NCBI GenBank assembly: GCA_021772455.1
Contig: JAJFLY010000019.1
Coordinates: forward strand, 49,578 to 113,577
Direction: 5' to 3'
Source: Chlamydiota bacterium
GTDB taxonomy: Bacteria; Chlamydiota; Chlamydiia; Chlamydiales; JAAKFR01
Length of the DNA: 64,000 nt
Shown here: piece after piece, positions 34,840 to 44,998 of the stretch
Numbering within the stretch: the first letter of the stretch is position 1
Layout of the letters: every line of letters starts with the position of its first letter
Made by a program: the position numbers and the translations under genes
Notes under the pieces: generated by a model
Databases searched by the model: none
What the model was told of the DNA's origin: nothing
What the model saw: the letters and a program-made list of their open reading frames with translations, nothing else

Positions 34840-36239
34840 CAGCGTTTTGCCTTTGGTGGAAGATGAAGAGGCATGTCATTTGCTAAGAATGCAGCTTCCA
34901 TCCACGCTTCTGCAATGGTCGGGTGGGCGTGAATTGTTTCGCTAATAGAGTGAATAGTAAGCTCGTTTCCAATCGCAACAGCCATTTCAGCGATTAATGT
35001 TGCCGCCCCATAGCCGACAACCTGCGCTCCGAGGATTTGTCCCGTTGTTTTTTCGGTAATGACTTGAGCAAATCCTTCTGTTTCAATAGCTGCTTGCGAT
35101 TTTCCAAGTGCTTGGAAAGGGAATTTGCCGATGGTAGCATCATACCCCTGTTCAATGGCTCTTTCGAGAGTCAATCCGATAGACCCCACTTCAGGGTTTG
35201 TGAAAATGACACTGGGAACGGCGTTGTAATTCATCCGGTTTGTATGGCCAGATGCGTTGTCTGCGGCAATCATTCCCTGGTGGGAGGCAACATGGGCTAA
35301 AATCCACTTGCCCGTGATGTCTCCGATTGCAAAAATATGGGGGACATTTGTGCGCATTGTTTCATCGGTCGGAATCGAGCCATTGTCTTCTACAATCACT
35401 CCCGCTTTTTCTAGCCCAACTGAGTCAGTATTAAATTTTCTTCCGGTAGAAACTAGGACTATGTCGGCATCGAAAGTACGTCCGTCGGCAACGTGGACCT
35501 TCAATCCCTTCTCCAGGTGTTCAACTCGCTCCACGACGACGCTTGTTTCTATTTTGATGCCCTGTTTTTTAAACGAGGTGGTCAAGGTATCAGAGACGTT
35601 TTTTCCTTCGGTTGGAAGGATATTTGGTAGGAGTTCTAATATGGTGACATCAACGCCAAAAGCGTTATGCAGGCAGGCGAATTCACTCCCGATCACCCCA
35701 CCGCCAACAATTACGATTTTTTTAGGAAGCTCAGTGATGTTAAGAAGAGAGGTGGAATCATGGATGCGCTCGTGGTCGTAGGGAATTCCAGGTAGAGCTC
35801 GAGGTTCAGATCCTGTGGCAAGAATGATCGTTTTGCCTTCTAGCACCGCTTCATCTTTTCCGGTGATCGCCACTTCGTGTGGGGAAATCATCCTTCCATA
35901 GCCATTAAAGACGGAGATTTTGTTGCTGGCAATCAGTCCTTCAAGGCCATTTCGGATACTATCGACGACCGCATCTTTACGCTCTTTCATATCTGCGTAG
36001 TTAAAGGAAACCTGCTCAACAGAGATGCCAAACTTATTGGCTTCTTGTATCTTACGCAGGACATCAGCATTTGCGATGAGAGCTTTGGAGGGGATGCAAC
36101 CTCGGTTTAGACAGGTTCCCCCGACCTCGCGCGATTCAATTAGGGCTGTTTTTAAACCTCTTTGGGCTGCTCGAATGGCTGCTACATAACCCCCAGGTCC
36201 ACTTCCAATAATAATACAGTCAAATGTTTGCTTATTCAT
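34839..36239 (-). CDS. lpdA: Dihydrolipoyl dehydrogenase (E3)
   Basis: It has the FAD motif IIIGSGPGGY, the redox disulfide GGTCLNRGCIPSK and the C-terminal HAHPT. Confidence 0.92.
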   Translation of the reverse strand: MNKQTFDCIIIGSGPGGYVAAIRAAQRGLKTALIESREVGGTCLNRGCIPSKALIANADVLRKIQEANKFGISVEQVSFNYADMKERKDAVVDSIRNGLEGLIASNKISVFNGYGRMISPHEVAITGKDEAVLEGKTIILATGSEPRALPGIPYDHERIHDSTSLLNITELPKKIVIVGGGVIGSEFACLHNAFGVDVTILELLPNILPTEGKNVSDTLTTSFKKQGIKIETSVVVERVEHLEKGLKVHVADGRTFDADIVLVSTGRKFNTDSVGLEKAGVIVEDNGSIPTDETMRTNVPHIFAIGDITGKWILAHVASHQGMIAADNASGHTNRMNYNAVPSVIFTNPEVGSIGLTLERAIEQGYDATIGKFPFQALGKSQAAIETEGFAQVITEKTTGQILGAQVVGYGAATLIAEMAVAIGNELTIHSISETIHAHPTIAEAWMEAAFLANDMPLHLPPKAKR

Positions 36240-36349
36240 AGAGACTCATCTTTTCTGGTAATAGTATTCTACTATACCTGAAGTCACTATTTTTTCCGGG
36301 ATGGAAAATGCTTTGATTTTCCTATCCTCTTATGTAAAGATTAAAGTGT

Positions 36350-36841
36350 ATGACAAAGAAAAATGATAAACGTCTGTGTTGGAATTGCGATGGAAGCGTT
36401 TCGCTTCATCTCGCAAATTGCCCCTATTGTGGGGTGGATCTCTCGCTTACTCCAGAGAAGCATGGCGATAATAGCAACCCCTTTCAAGGGTTTGCAAGTC
36501 CATTTCAAAATGCCGATCCTCTCGATAAAAGTGTCCCCACTCCCCCTTACGGCCATGCCTTTAATCAAGACATCGCAGTCAGTGAAGACGAGTGGAATCA
36601 ATCTTTGGGCGAAGAGGCCGACTCGCCTAAAAACGAAGAAGAGCTCTCAACCTCAACGAAACGTGAGATGGTTGCTCTGCTCCTTTTGTTGCCAGGAGTG
36701 GTCTTTTTTCTTTTCGGACTCGCTCTCATGCTCTTCTCATCCGACGGAATACTTACTCTCGAGTGGAATCAGAGTTTGGCCATGTTCTACTTTTTAGGGG
36801 CCATCCCACTTCTTTTTTTGGGATGGCGCGCTCTTCGGTAG
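36350..36841 (+). CDS. Zinc-ribbon membrane protein (hypothetical)
   Basis: 163 aa. The N-terminus has CWNC...CPYC. An acidic linker follows, then two C-terminal TM helices. Confidence 0.55.
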   Translation: MTKKNDKRLCWNCDGSVSLHLANCPYCGVDLSLTPEKHGDNSNPFQGFASPFQNADPLDKSVPTPPYGHAFNQDIAVSEDEWNQSLGEEADSPKNEEELSTSTKREMVALLLLLPGVVFFLFGLALMLFSSDGILTLEWNQSLAMFYFLGAIPLLFLGWRALR

Positions 36842-36844
36842 CGA

Positions 36845-37096
36845 TTAGGCAAGCGAGTTCGTTGGGTACTCACATGTATTTTTAGGATTCAGTGCTCGTC
36901 TGCAATAAAAGCAGCGCGTGGTGCCTTGGTCGAGTTCTGCTTTATCGATTTCATTTATATTTCTATCCAGATGGACCAAGATGATAGTGGGGTCTAAATC
37001 GACTAATTTTTTTTCCGCAAACAAGGGGAAAGTCAATAAGGCGAATAGAGGGACTAATAAGCTCATACGTTTCAACATATATTTGCTCCTTGTCAT
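36845..37096 (-). CDS. Small secreted hypothetical protein
   Basis: 83 aa. A signal-peptide-like MSLLVPLFALLTFPLFAEKK is present. There is no other support. Confidence 0.35.
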   Translation of the reverse strand: MTRSKYMLKRMSLLVPLFALLTFPLFAEKKLVDLDPTIILVHLDRNINEIDKAELDQGTTRCFYCRRALNPKNTCEYPTNSLA

Positions 37097-37283
37097 GTAT
37101 GGTTAAATACTGTTAACAGAAAACTTACAATACGCAGGGATTTCTTTAAAGAAAATATAAATTTTATTTATAGACGCCCATAAGAAATTGTAGAGTTGTG
37201 ATTTGGAAATCACGTTGAGAAACAATTCTCGAAACTATTTTTGAATCGTAAGTTTATTTTAAGAAAAATTATACGTGTCTGTT

Positions 37284-40200
37284 TTAGCCAGGCTCTTCGG
37301 CAAGCCCGCAGCAACGTTTGTACTTTTTACCGCTTTCGCAAGGACAGGGATCGTTGCGCCCCACTTTTGGGACGACGACAACTGGGATAGCGCGCTCTTT
37401 ACGGAGGGGCTCCTCAGAATTATTAGACTGAAGCGGCTGATTTGTGAGATCGTCAAAAATCATCCTGTTGGTTTCAAGATTGATCTGGTTGAGTAGCTCT
37501 TGGAAGAGACCTGGATGCATGGAGGAGATCTCGATTTTGAAGAGATTGCGTGCGGTCTCGACATGGAGGTTGTGGGTAAGTTCGTGGAACATGCGAAAAG
37601 CTTCGTGTTTGAACTCGAGAAGTGGATCGCGTTGAGCAACGGTACGCAGGGAGACCTCTGAGCGCAAGTGGTCCATGGTGAGCAGGTGTTCTTGCCACAG
37701 CTCGTCGACCTTATGGATCATAACGGCGCGTACAGCATTCTGAGCGAGCATTTCACCATTTATGTTGGCGTTCCCTTCGAGCGCTTTTGCTTTCTCATGA
37801 GCGTATTTGTTTTCGAACGCTTCAATGATTTTTTCTGCAGCTTTTTGCTCGAGCTCCTCTATTGTCTCATGGTCACTATCAAAGTATCCATCCTCAAAAT
37901 TGACCGGGAAATGGTTGATCAACCATTGGCGGTACCCTTCTGCATCCCAGCCACCTTCTTGAGAGCGCGCTTTGAAGTATTCACTCGCTTCCATCTCACA
38001 AACGTTTGTCAATAGTTCGCGCGCATTAGGTAAAAGGTCTTTGCTGTGTAAGATTTCGTTGCGGAAAGCATAGATCTCTTGACGCTGCTTATTCATCACA
38101 TCGTCGTACTCAAGAGTATGTTTTCGGACGGTATAATTGCGCCCCTCAACCCGTTTTTGAGCAGTTTCAATCGAACGATTCAAAATACTTGCGGAGATCG
38201 GTTCACCCTCTGGTGGGCGGAAGCGCTGAATTAGCGTGTTTAATTTCGGTGAGGCAAACAGGCGCATCAACTGGTCTTCGAAGGAGATATAGAATTTTGA
38301 TGAACCAGGGTCGCCAAGGCGTGCACTACGTCCGCGTAACTGCCGATCGATTCGACGCGATTGGTGACGTGTTGTTCCAATTACATGCAAACCGCCAATT
38401 TTGGCGACATCTTCTTTGAGCTTAATATCTGTTCCTCGACCAGCCATGTTGGTCGAAACGGTGACGGCACTTCTGTGACCCGCCTGAGAAATAATTGCAG
38501 CCTCATCCCCATGGTGCTTGGCGTTCAAGACGGTGTGTTCGATGCGGTTTTGGCGTAAAATGCGCGAAAGCTTCTCGGAAACTTCAACGGTTTCGGTTCC
38601 AATCAAAATCGGCCGCCCCTTTTCATGTACTTCTTTGATCTCGGTTAGGATCGCATTATACTTCTCACGTTCGGTCATATAGATTTCATCGTTGAAATCA
38701 TCTCGGACACACTTTTTATAAGTGGGGATTTGCAGAACTTCGAGCTTGTAGATCTCTTTGAACTCGTTCGCTTCGGTGATTGCCGTTCCAGTCATTCCAG
38801 CCAGCTTGTCGTACAGACGGAAGTAGTTTTGTAGGGTAATTGTGGCATACGTTTGTGTTTCGCGCTGGATTTCGAGCCCTTCTTTTGCTTCGATCGCCTG
38901 GTGGAGTCCATCAGAAAAGCGACGTCCTGGCTGTGGGCGTCCCGTATTTTCATCAATGATGACAATCTTGCTGTCTTGCACAATATAGTCGATGTCACGC
39001 TCCATTAGGAGGTGGGCGCGTAGAAGCTGCCGGATATTGTGCGAACGCTCTTTCCGGTGGGCATCCTCTTCGTTGAGGGCGAGCTTGGCCTCTAATTTTT
39101 GCTCATCATTAAGGGAGCTATTCTCATCTACTTTTGCGTATTCATATCCAAGGTCGAGCATGACAAAGTCGGTTTCAGCGCCCCCGGTCACTGTAGACCA
39201 GGAATTAATCCCCTTATCGGTAAGTTCGAAATCGCTTCCTTTTTCATCGACGACGATGTAGAGCTCTGCAATTGTCTCGAGCTTCTCTTCCTTATTCTGG
39301 TCTGAGTGAAAGTAGATATCCCACTTATCGATCTCATTACGTAAGTCAGGGTTTTCTCGTGTGCGGCGTAAAACGCGGTTGTGGGGGGTTCCTTTGCTTA
39401 CAAGCCATAGGCGACGACACGCTTCACGGATCTTTCCGATCTCTTTTTTATCGCTTGGAAGCTCTTCGGCTTGTAAATAAGGGGCGAGTACCTTTTGCGC
39501 TTCAGTTGCAAAGCGCCCACATAGGTCGCGCTGGGTTTTTTCAAGTGCTGCGACCCCATCTATGAGTTTATCATACATCTGGACGCTTTTAGGAACCGGT
39601 CCTGAAATAATGAGGGGTGTACGCGCTTCATCGATCAAAATCGAATCGATTTCATCGACAATCGAGAAATAATATCCCCGCTGAACTTGTTCAGCGCCGG
39701 TTGAAGCCAATGAATTGTCGCGCAGGTAGTCGAAACCAAATTCAGAGGCAGTTCCATAGACAACATCGTTTTGGTAGATCTCTTTGCGTAAATTTTGTTG
39801 CGTCGCGTTGGTCAAAACCCCTGTTGAGAGTCCAAGCCAGCGAAGGACCGATCCAACCCATTGGCAATCCCGGTTACAAAGGTAGTCATTCACGGTTACG
39901 AGGTGGACAGGCTCCCCTGTAAGGGCATTTAAATAGAGGGGCATGGTGGCAGTAAGTGTTTTTCCCTCACCCGTCTGCATCTCGGAGATAAAACCATTGT
40001 GCAACGCGATTGCGCCGATAATCTGCACATCGTAGGGGATCATGTCCCACTTTTGGTCGTAGCCAGAGACGTGCACTTCGGTGCCGATCAGTCTGCGGCA
40101 GGCATTTTTGACAAGGGCATACGCCTCGGGAAGGAGCTGATCGAGCGATTCGCCCTCCTTGTAACGTTGCTTAAATGCAGCTGTTTTGGCCTTAATCTCT

Positions 40201-40319
40201 TCATCAGATAGGGTTTGGTATTTCTCTTCCCATTGATTGATTTGCGCTACAATTTTATCGAACCGCTTTACGGTCCTCTCTTGAGAAGTACCAAAAAAAA
40301 TCTTTAAAAATCCAAACAT
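37284..40319 (-). CDS. secA: Preprotein translocase ATPase SecA
   Basis: 1,011 aa. It has the DEAD-like motor motifs MQTGEGKT, DEIDSILIDEARTPLIISG and MAGRGTDI, plus the C-terminal zinc motif CPCESGKKYKRCCG. Confidence 0.95.
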   Translation of the reverse strand: MFGFLKIFFGTSQERTVKRFDKIVAQINQWEEKYQTLSDEEIKAKTAAFKQRYKEGESLDQLLPEAYALVKNACRRLIGTEVHVSGYDQKWDMIPYDVQIIGAIALHNGFISEMQTGEGKTLTATMPLYLNALTGEPVHLVTVNDYLCNRDCQWVGSVLRWLGLSTGVLTNATQQNLRKEIYQNDVVYGTASEFGFDYLRDNSLASTGAEQVQRGYYFSIVDEIDSILIDEARTPLIISGPVPKSVQMYDKLIDGVAALEKTQRDLCGRFATEAQKVLAPYLQAEELPSDKKEIGKIREACRRLWLVSKGTPHNRVLRRTRENPDLRNEIDKWDIYFHSDQNKEEKLETIAELYIVVDEKGSDFELTDKGINSWSTVTGGAETDFVMLDLGYEYAKVDENSSLNDEQKLEAKLALNEEDAHRKERSHNIRQLLRAHLLMERDIDYIVQDSKIVIIDENTGRPQPGRRFSDGLHQAIEAKEGLEIQRETQTYATITLQNYFRLYDKLAGMTGTAITEANEFKEIYKLEVLQIPTYKKCVRDDFNDEIYMTEREKYNAILTEIKEVHEKGRPILIGTETVEVSEKLSRILRQNRIEHTVLNAKHHGDEAAIISQAGHRSAVTVSTNMAGRGTDIKLKEDVAKIGGLHVIGTTRHQSRRIDRQLRGRSARLGDPGSSKFYISFEDQLMRLFASPKLNTLIQRFRPPEGEPISASILNRSIETAQKRVEGRNYTVRKHTLEYDDVMNKQRQEIYAFRNEILHSKDLLPNARELLTNVCEMEASEYFKARSQEGGWDAEGYRQWLINHFPVNFEDGYFDSDHETIEELEQKAAEKIIEAFENKYAHEKAKALEGNANINGEMLAQNAVRAVMIHKVDELWQEHLLTMDHLRSEVSLRTVAQRDPLLEFKHEAFRMFHELTHNLHVETARNLFKIEISSMHPGLFQELLNQINLETNRMIFDDLTNQPLQSNNSEEPLRKERAIPVVVVPKVGRNDPCPCESGKKYKRCCGLAEEPG

Positions 40320-40370
40320 ATCGTCTCTATCTACTTTACTATTAAGTAAAGCATCATACTCTTTTTCAAG

Positions 40371-41672
40371 TTATGCTACAAGAGAACGGGTGACGTGTTG
40401 TCCTTCGAGTGGATGTTGCTTTCTTAAATTTCTAAGGGCTTGCTGTCTGCGGGCTCGAGCTTCTCGAGATTCATCCTGCTTCACCAGGCTCATCTGAATG
40501 TAATAGGCTTTCTCAAAATTGCCCACCCGAGCTTCACAGGCGCTTAGAACTTCCAACGATGTAGGGTCGTTTTTTAATTTTAAACCGATGTGGGCGAAGT
40601 TGACCCCTTGCTCAGGAGAAAGCGTTTTGGAAAGGCCAACGCCGAACATCCATGCAAGTGCCCGGTAGCCGTGAGGATAGGATGGGAAAAGCCTGAGCAA
40701 TTGCAGGTATACTTGCTCGGCCTCTTGCCACTTATGTTGATTTTCCAACGCAAAGGCGTAGGAAGCTAATAGGGGTGCTTCGGGTTCGGGGTTCTGGATC
40801 ACCTCATAGAGATAGTGTTCCGCATAGGCCCATTTCTGTGTTCTGAGGGCGCATAGTCCGGCTTGCTGGAGTAAAGCTGGATCTTTTTGCTCCCATGCGC
40901 CGCACGATTGGTAGATAAGCAGCGCTTTTTGGAAATGTCCTCTTTCTTGCAAGCATAAGCCGAGGCCGAGCGTAGCTTTTAGGTCGGCACGGTTCTTTTC
41001 TAAAAGGGTGCGGAAAATTTTCTCCGCTTCAGAGAGGTTGCCGAGCCTGCGGAAGGCGTGGCCCCACTGGATGGAAACCTGGTGCGTTTTATGGTTAAGC
41101 TCAAAAGCGTGTTCGTAGTAGCGGACTGCTTCTTGGAAGAGCTTTCTTTCGAAGTAGGTCTCCCCAACGAGGGCTATAAGTTCTCCGTTCTGAGTGTTTT
41201 TAATCCAAGGCTCTAACAAATCAAAGGCTTGTGATGGGTGTCCCGCTTGATTCAATGCGGATGCTAATGCGAGAATATCACTCTCACCGCGCATGATGGG
41301 AGCGCATACTTTAAAAGCTTCAAGGGCTTCTTTTGGGCGGTCGATCTCAAGGAGGGTTAAGCCCTCTTCCATTCTGAAAAGCAGTTCTTCGGGAAATTCT
41401 CTGGCAGCTTCTGTAGCCATTTTAAGGGCTTCGTTGAAACAACGTGTTCCCCGCAGAACTTGGATAGAGTAATAGGTGGCCTCTTTCCCTCCACGTCCAC
41501 TCGCAAGAAGGGGGGCGAGGAGTTCGTGCGCTTGCTTCCAGTTTCCTAACAAGATATGTTGAGAGGCAGCTTTAATATTTTTTTGAATTGTGTTGTTTGG
41601 CATGCGTATCCAATCACGAAATGTGAGGTAGGCAGTAAGGGCGAGAGTAATCACAGCAATTATTATAAACAC
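40371..41672 (-). CDS. TPR-repeat protein with N-terminal membrane anchor
   Basis: 433 aa with a GTG start and an N-terminal TM helix. Repeated 34-aa A/Y/L-patterned helices are present, for example EAVRYYEHAFELN and KALLIYQSCGAWE. Confidence 0.75.
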   Translation of the reverse strand: MFIIIAVITLALTAYLTFRDWIRMPNNTIQKNIKAASQHILLGNWKQAHELLAPLLASGRGGKEATYYSIQVLRGTRCFNEALKMATEAAREFPEELLFRMEEGLTLLEIDRPKEALEAFKVCAPIMRGESDILALASALNQAGHPSQAFDLLEPWIKNTQNGELIALVGETYFERKLFQEAVRYYEHAFELNHKTHQVSIQWGHAFRRLGNLSEAEKIFRTLLEKNRADLKATLGLGLCLQERGHFQKALLIYQSCGAWEQKDPALLQQAGLCALRTQKWAYAEHYLYEVIQNPEPEAPLLASYAFALENQHKWQEAEQVYLQLLRLFPSYPHGYRALAWMFGVGLSKTLSPEQGVNFAHIGLKLKNDPTSLEVLSACEARVGNFEKAYYIQMSLVKQDESREARARRQQALRNLRKQHPLEGQHVTRSLVA

Positions 41673-41726
41673 ACCATAAGTGATACCAAAAATATTAGTT
41701 TAGATAAAAGCTAAAATTTATTTTGG

Positions 41727-42608
41727 CTAGTTTTCTAGTGATTGGCCGAAAAGACATAGGGTTTCAATGCCTTGAGAAGAGTTAGTTAATAAATTTGAAT
41801 CGATTTTAACCTTACCAGGTTCGAAGAGAAGTATTATTGATGAGCCTCCAAAAGAGAAATAACCTTTTTCATCACCCTTTTTATAATTTTTACCAGGCGT
41901 ATAGGTTTGATGGATAGAACCGACATTTGTCGCGCCAATTTCTATAAAAAGAATTTCACCATATTGTTCGGTTTGTAAACTGGTTATCACCCTTTTGTTC
42001 TCTGCAAGTAATTCGATCCGTTGCTTTACAGCGATGGGATTCACTGAATAGAGGGGGCCGTTTATTAATCGGGGAACGCTTGGGATGCAGTTACTTGGGA
42101 AGTGAAAGCGGTGGTAGTCGGTTGGGCAAAGCCTTGAAAGAACCATGCTCCCCTCACGGTAGTGCTCGGAGAGCTCTTCATTCATAAGGAGTTGCGTAAG
42201 AGAAAATTTCTTCCCTTTCACAAGAAAGCCGTCGCACGTCTCGATGTTCTGGAAGAAGAGGTAGCGCCCATCAGCTGGAAGGACGATCCCCTCTCCAAGC
42301 GGGCGTGCTCCTGGTTTCAGTTTGCGGGAAAAAAATGCGTTAAAAGAGTCGTAGGCATCAAGGGGCTTTTCGAATTCAGACGCATCGACACCGAATTTTT
42401 TTACAAAGGGAGCGATTTTACCTTTCGTAAGGGGGAGCGATTGCCACCATCCATAGAGACTCGATACAAGGGAGTTGGATGAGATGATGTGGGCTATAAA
42501 TCGGCCGAAAGAGGAGCTGTATAAAAAACGGAGGGCAGACTCGCCGTAAATCGCTTCTTTTTTTGTCTCACCCGTTTGTCTATCTATATAAAGGAGAGGT
42601 TCGTTCAC
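41727..42608 (-). CDS. psd: Phosphatidylserine decarboxylase proenzyme
   Basis: 293 aa. It has RLCPTDYHRFHFP and the self-cleavage-site-like FSFGGSS. The GTG start overlaps the upstream TGA. Confidence 0.85.
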   Translation of the reverse strand: MNEPLLYIDRQTGETKKEAIYGESALRFLYSSSFGRFIAHIISSNSLVSSLYGWWQSLPLTKGKIAPFVKKFGVDASEFEKPLDAYDSFNAFFSRKLKPGARPLGEGIVLPADGRYLFFQNIETCDGFLVKGKKFSLTQLLMNEELSEHYREGSMVLSRLCPTDYHRFHFPSNCIPSVPRLINGPLYSVNPIAVKQRIELLAENKRVITSLQTEQYGEILFIEIGATNVGSIHQTYTPGKNYKKGDEKGYFSFGGSSIILLFEPGKVKIDSNLLTNSSQGIETLCLFGQSLEN

Positions 42609-42928
42609 GGTTTGGCTAGTTGGTTAAAAAAATGAATTTCTGTCAAAAAATCGGAAGAGAAGAGGTGGGCGAGGTGCTCATTTTCAATCTGTTTTTGGAT
42701 AAGTATGGCGGCTTTTACAAGCTCTGTTGCGTGTTTACGGCTCTCTGGATCCTCAATGAAAGCGCTCCTGGCATTCTTGAGTTTTACAAGAGCTGTCAAT
42801 AATTCTTTTTGGGCTGTCAAACTTTTTTGAGTAGACGAGATGAGCTCTCGGAGGATCTCAATATCCTCATCGGCGCCCATTAACGGCAAAGTGCTGAATA
42901 CAAAAAAGATTGGGATTAGAAACTTCAT
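42605..42928 (-). CDS. Small secreted helical hypothetical protein
   Basis: The start was trimmed to Met70 of the track ORF, which otherwise overlaps mnmE. It has the signal peptide MKFLIPIFFVFSTLPLMGA. Confidence 0.5.
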   Translation of the reverse strand: MKFLIPIFFVFSTLPLMGADEDIEILRELISSTQKSLTAQKELLTALVKLKNARSAFIEDPESRKHATELVKAAILIQKQIENEHLAHLFSSDFLTEIHFFNQLAKP

Positions 42929-42964
42929 TGTATTAGAATATATCCGTTTTAAAAAAGGATGTAA

Positions 42965-44341
42965 ATGGAGTTTATTCACCACCCCTTTCAAGCGGGTGAA
43001 ACGATTGCTGCGATTGCGACGCCTCCAGGTGAAGGGGGAATCAGTATTATCCGGATTTCTGGAAAGGATGCCGTAGCAGTTGCTGATCGCATCTTTTCTC
43101 GATCTGTCGCTTCTTTTACTTCCCACACAGCTCATCTTGGAGTTGTGAATGACGTAGACGGGAATCGTGTTGATGAGGCTCTTTTACTTATCATGCGCGG
43201 GCCTAAATCATACACTGGAGAAGACACCGTTGAGCTCCAATGTCATGGGGGGATGATCGCCTCACGAAAAGTTTTGGAGACGGCCCTTGTCGCTGGCGCC
43301 CGCGCAGCTGAACCTGGAGAATTTACATTCAAAGCGTTTATGAATGGCAAGCTTGATTTGACCCAGGCGGAAGCGGTTCAACAGGTGATTGGTGCGAAAA
43401 GCGAGCACGCTTTTTTCCTCGCAAGTAAGCATTTGGAAGGGGGGCTTTCAAAAAAGGTGGGTGGGTACCAGGAAGAGCTCACGCGGATAGCAGCTATTTT
43501 GGAGGCTTGGGTCGATTTTCCTGATGAGGGTCTTGCTTTTACCTCTGAAGAGGAGCTTCTCGCTGATTTGAATCGCTTAAAGGATGAAATGGAGCATCTT
43601 ATCAAAACGTTCCACGATGGACAGAAGCTCGAGCAAGGGATTTCGCTATGCATTGCAGGGGCTCCGAATGCGGGCAAGTCGTCGCTTATGAATGCACTTC
43701 TTCAACACGACCGTGCGATTGTCACACCGATTGCCGGGACAACGCGTGATATTCTTAAAGAAGAGATGACAATTGGGGGGCTTCCTTTTCGCTTAATCGA
43801 TACGGCGGGGATTCGTGAGACCGATGAGATTGTTGAAAAAGAGGGAATTCGCCGCTCTCGCCAAGCGCTTGAGGAGGCTGACTTGATTCTCCTTGTGATA
43901 GACGCTGCCAAGGAGCTTGGGGAGGAAGAGCACGCGCTTCTCAAAACCGTTCCGCAAGAAAAGACGATTGTTGTGTGGAATAAGGTCGATCTTCCCAAAA
44001 AATCAGAATGCTCGTCTTCTTTTTCCTATGAGGTTGAGCTTTCAGCAAAAGAGCAGAGTGGGCTTGGTCAACTAAAAGAGACAATAGATAGGTTGATCTG
44101 GAGCGCCGGTGCTCCTCCTAAAGAGGAAGTTTTGATTACAAAAACGCGTCATGAACAGGCGCTAAGGGAATCTAGCGATGCACTACAAACAGTCATTGAG
44201 GGGTTGGATGTTGGGCTTTCTCCCGAGTTTTTATCGGCAGATATTCGCTCTTCGTTGAACGGACTGGGACGCATTATTGGAACAAATATCACAGAAGATC
44301 TACTATCGTCGATCTTCTCACAATTTTGTATCGGGAAATGA
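42965..44341 (+). CDS. mnmE: tRNA modification GTPase MnmE (TrmE/ThdF)
   Basis: It has the N-terminal TIAAIATPPGEGGISIIRISG, the G-domain motifs GAPNAGKSSL and DTAGIR, and the C-terminal CIGK. Confidence 0.92.
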   Translation: MEFIHHPFQAGETIAAIATPPGEGGISIIRISGKDAVAVADRIFSRSVASFTSHTAHLGVVNDVDGNRVDEALLLIMRGPKSYTGEDTVELQCHGGMIASRKVLETALVAGARAAEPGEFTFKAFMNGKLDLTQAEAVQQVIGAKSEHAFFLASKHLEGGLSKKVGGYQEELTRIAAILEAWVDFPDEGLAFTSEEELLADLNRLKDEMEHLIKTFHDGQKLEQGISLCIAGAPNAGKSSLMNALLQHDRAIVTPIAGTTRDILKEEMTIGGLPFRLIDTAGIRETDEIVEKEGIRRSRQALEEADLILLVIDAAKELGEEEHALLKTVPQEKTIVVWNKVDLPKKSECSSSFSYEVELSAKEQSGLGQLKETIDRLIWSAGAPPKEEVLITKTRHEQALRESSDALQTVIEGLDVGLSPEFLSADIRSSLNGLGRIIGTNITEDLLSSIFSQFCIGK

Positions 44342-44949
44342 CAGTAGACGTTGTTAGACGCATTTTAAATGAATACTTTCCAGATCCGGCGATTCCCCTT
44401 CAGCATGAAAGCCCCTACACCCTTTTAATCGCCGTTCTACTCTCTGCTCAATCGACCGATGCGATGGTCAACCGGATCACGCCAGAGCTATTTGCCAAAG
44501 CCTCCACTCCTGAAGAAATGGTCAAATTAACTGTTGTTCTGATTCAAAAAATTATTAGGCCGATAGGCCTCTCTCCGAAAAAGGCGCGGGCAATACACAC
44601 ACTTTCTCAGCTCCTTATTGAGCGACATGAGGGGCAAGTACCCGAGACATTCGAAGAGCTCGAGGCTCTGCCTGGGGTTGGTCATAAGACCGCTTCTGTT
44701 GTGATGGTCCAGGCCTTTAATTTGCCCGCCTTTCCAGTAGATACACACATATATCGCTGCGCTCACCGGTGGGGGCTCTCTGAAGGAAAGAGTGTTGAGG
44801 CAGTTGAGAAAGATTTGAAAAGACTCTTTGACAAAAGTGAGTGGGGACGCGCTCATCTTCAAATTATTCTTTATGCCCGGAAATATTGTCCGGCGAGAGG
44901 GCACGAAGTAGAGGCGTGCCCAATCTGCTCAGCTCTTGCCCTTTTTTAG
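44338..44949 (+). CDS. nth: Endonuclease III
   Basis: It has the helix-hairpin-helix LEALPGVGHKTASVV, the catalytic Asp context FPVDTH, and C-terminal Cys residues for the Fe-S cluster. The ATG at 44338 overlaps the mnmE TGA. The track start at 44326 is TTG. Confidence 0.88.
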   Translation: MTVDVVRRILNEYFPDPAIPLQHESPYTLLIAVLLSAQSTDAMVNRITPELFAKASTPEEMVKLTVVLIQKIIRPIGLSPKKARAIHTLSQLLIERHEGQVPETFEELEALPGVGHKTASVVMVQAFNLPAFPVDTHIYRCAHRWGLSEGKSVEAVEKDLKRLFDKSEWGRAHLQIILYARKYCPARGHEVEACPICSALALF

Positions 44950-44998
44950 ATTTTCATGTACACTGTATGTCAAATGTTTTAAGTATTAAGGGTTAACG

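Noticed and set aside
42929-43135. N-terminal extension of ORF 42605..43135 overlapping mnmE.
   Set aside because: The extension is Arg/Ser-rich with no features, and it overlaps the divergent mnmE coding start. The internal Met at 42928 begins a typical signal peptide.
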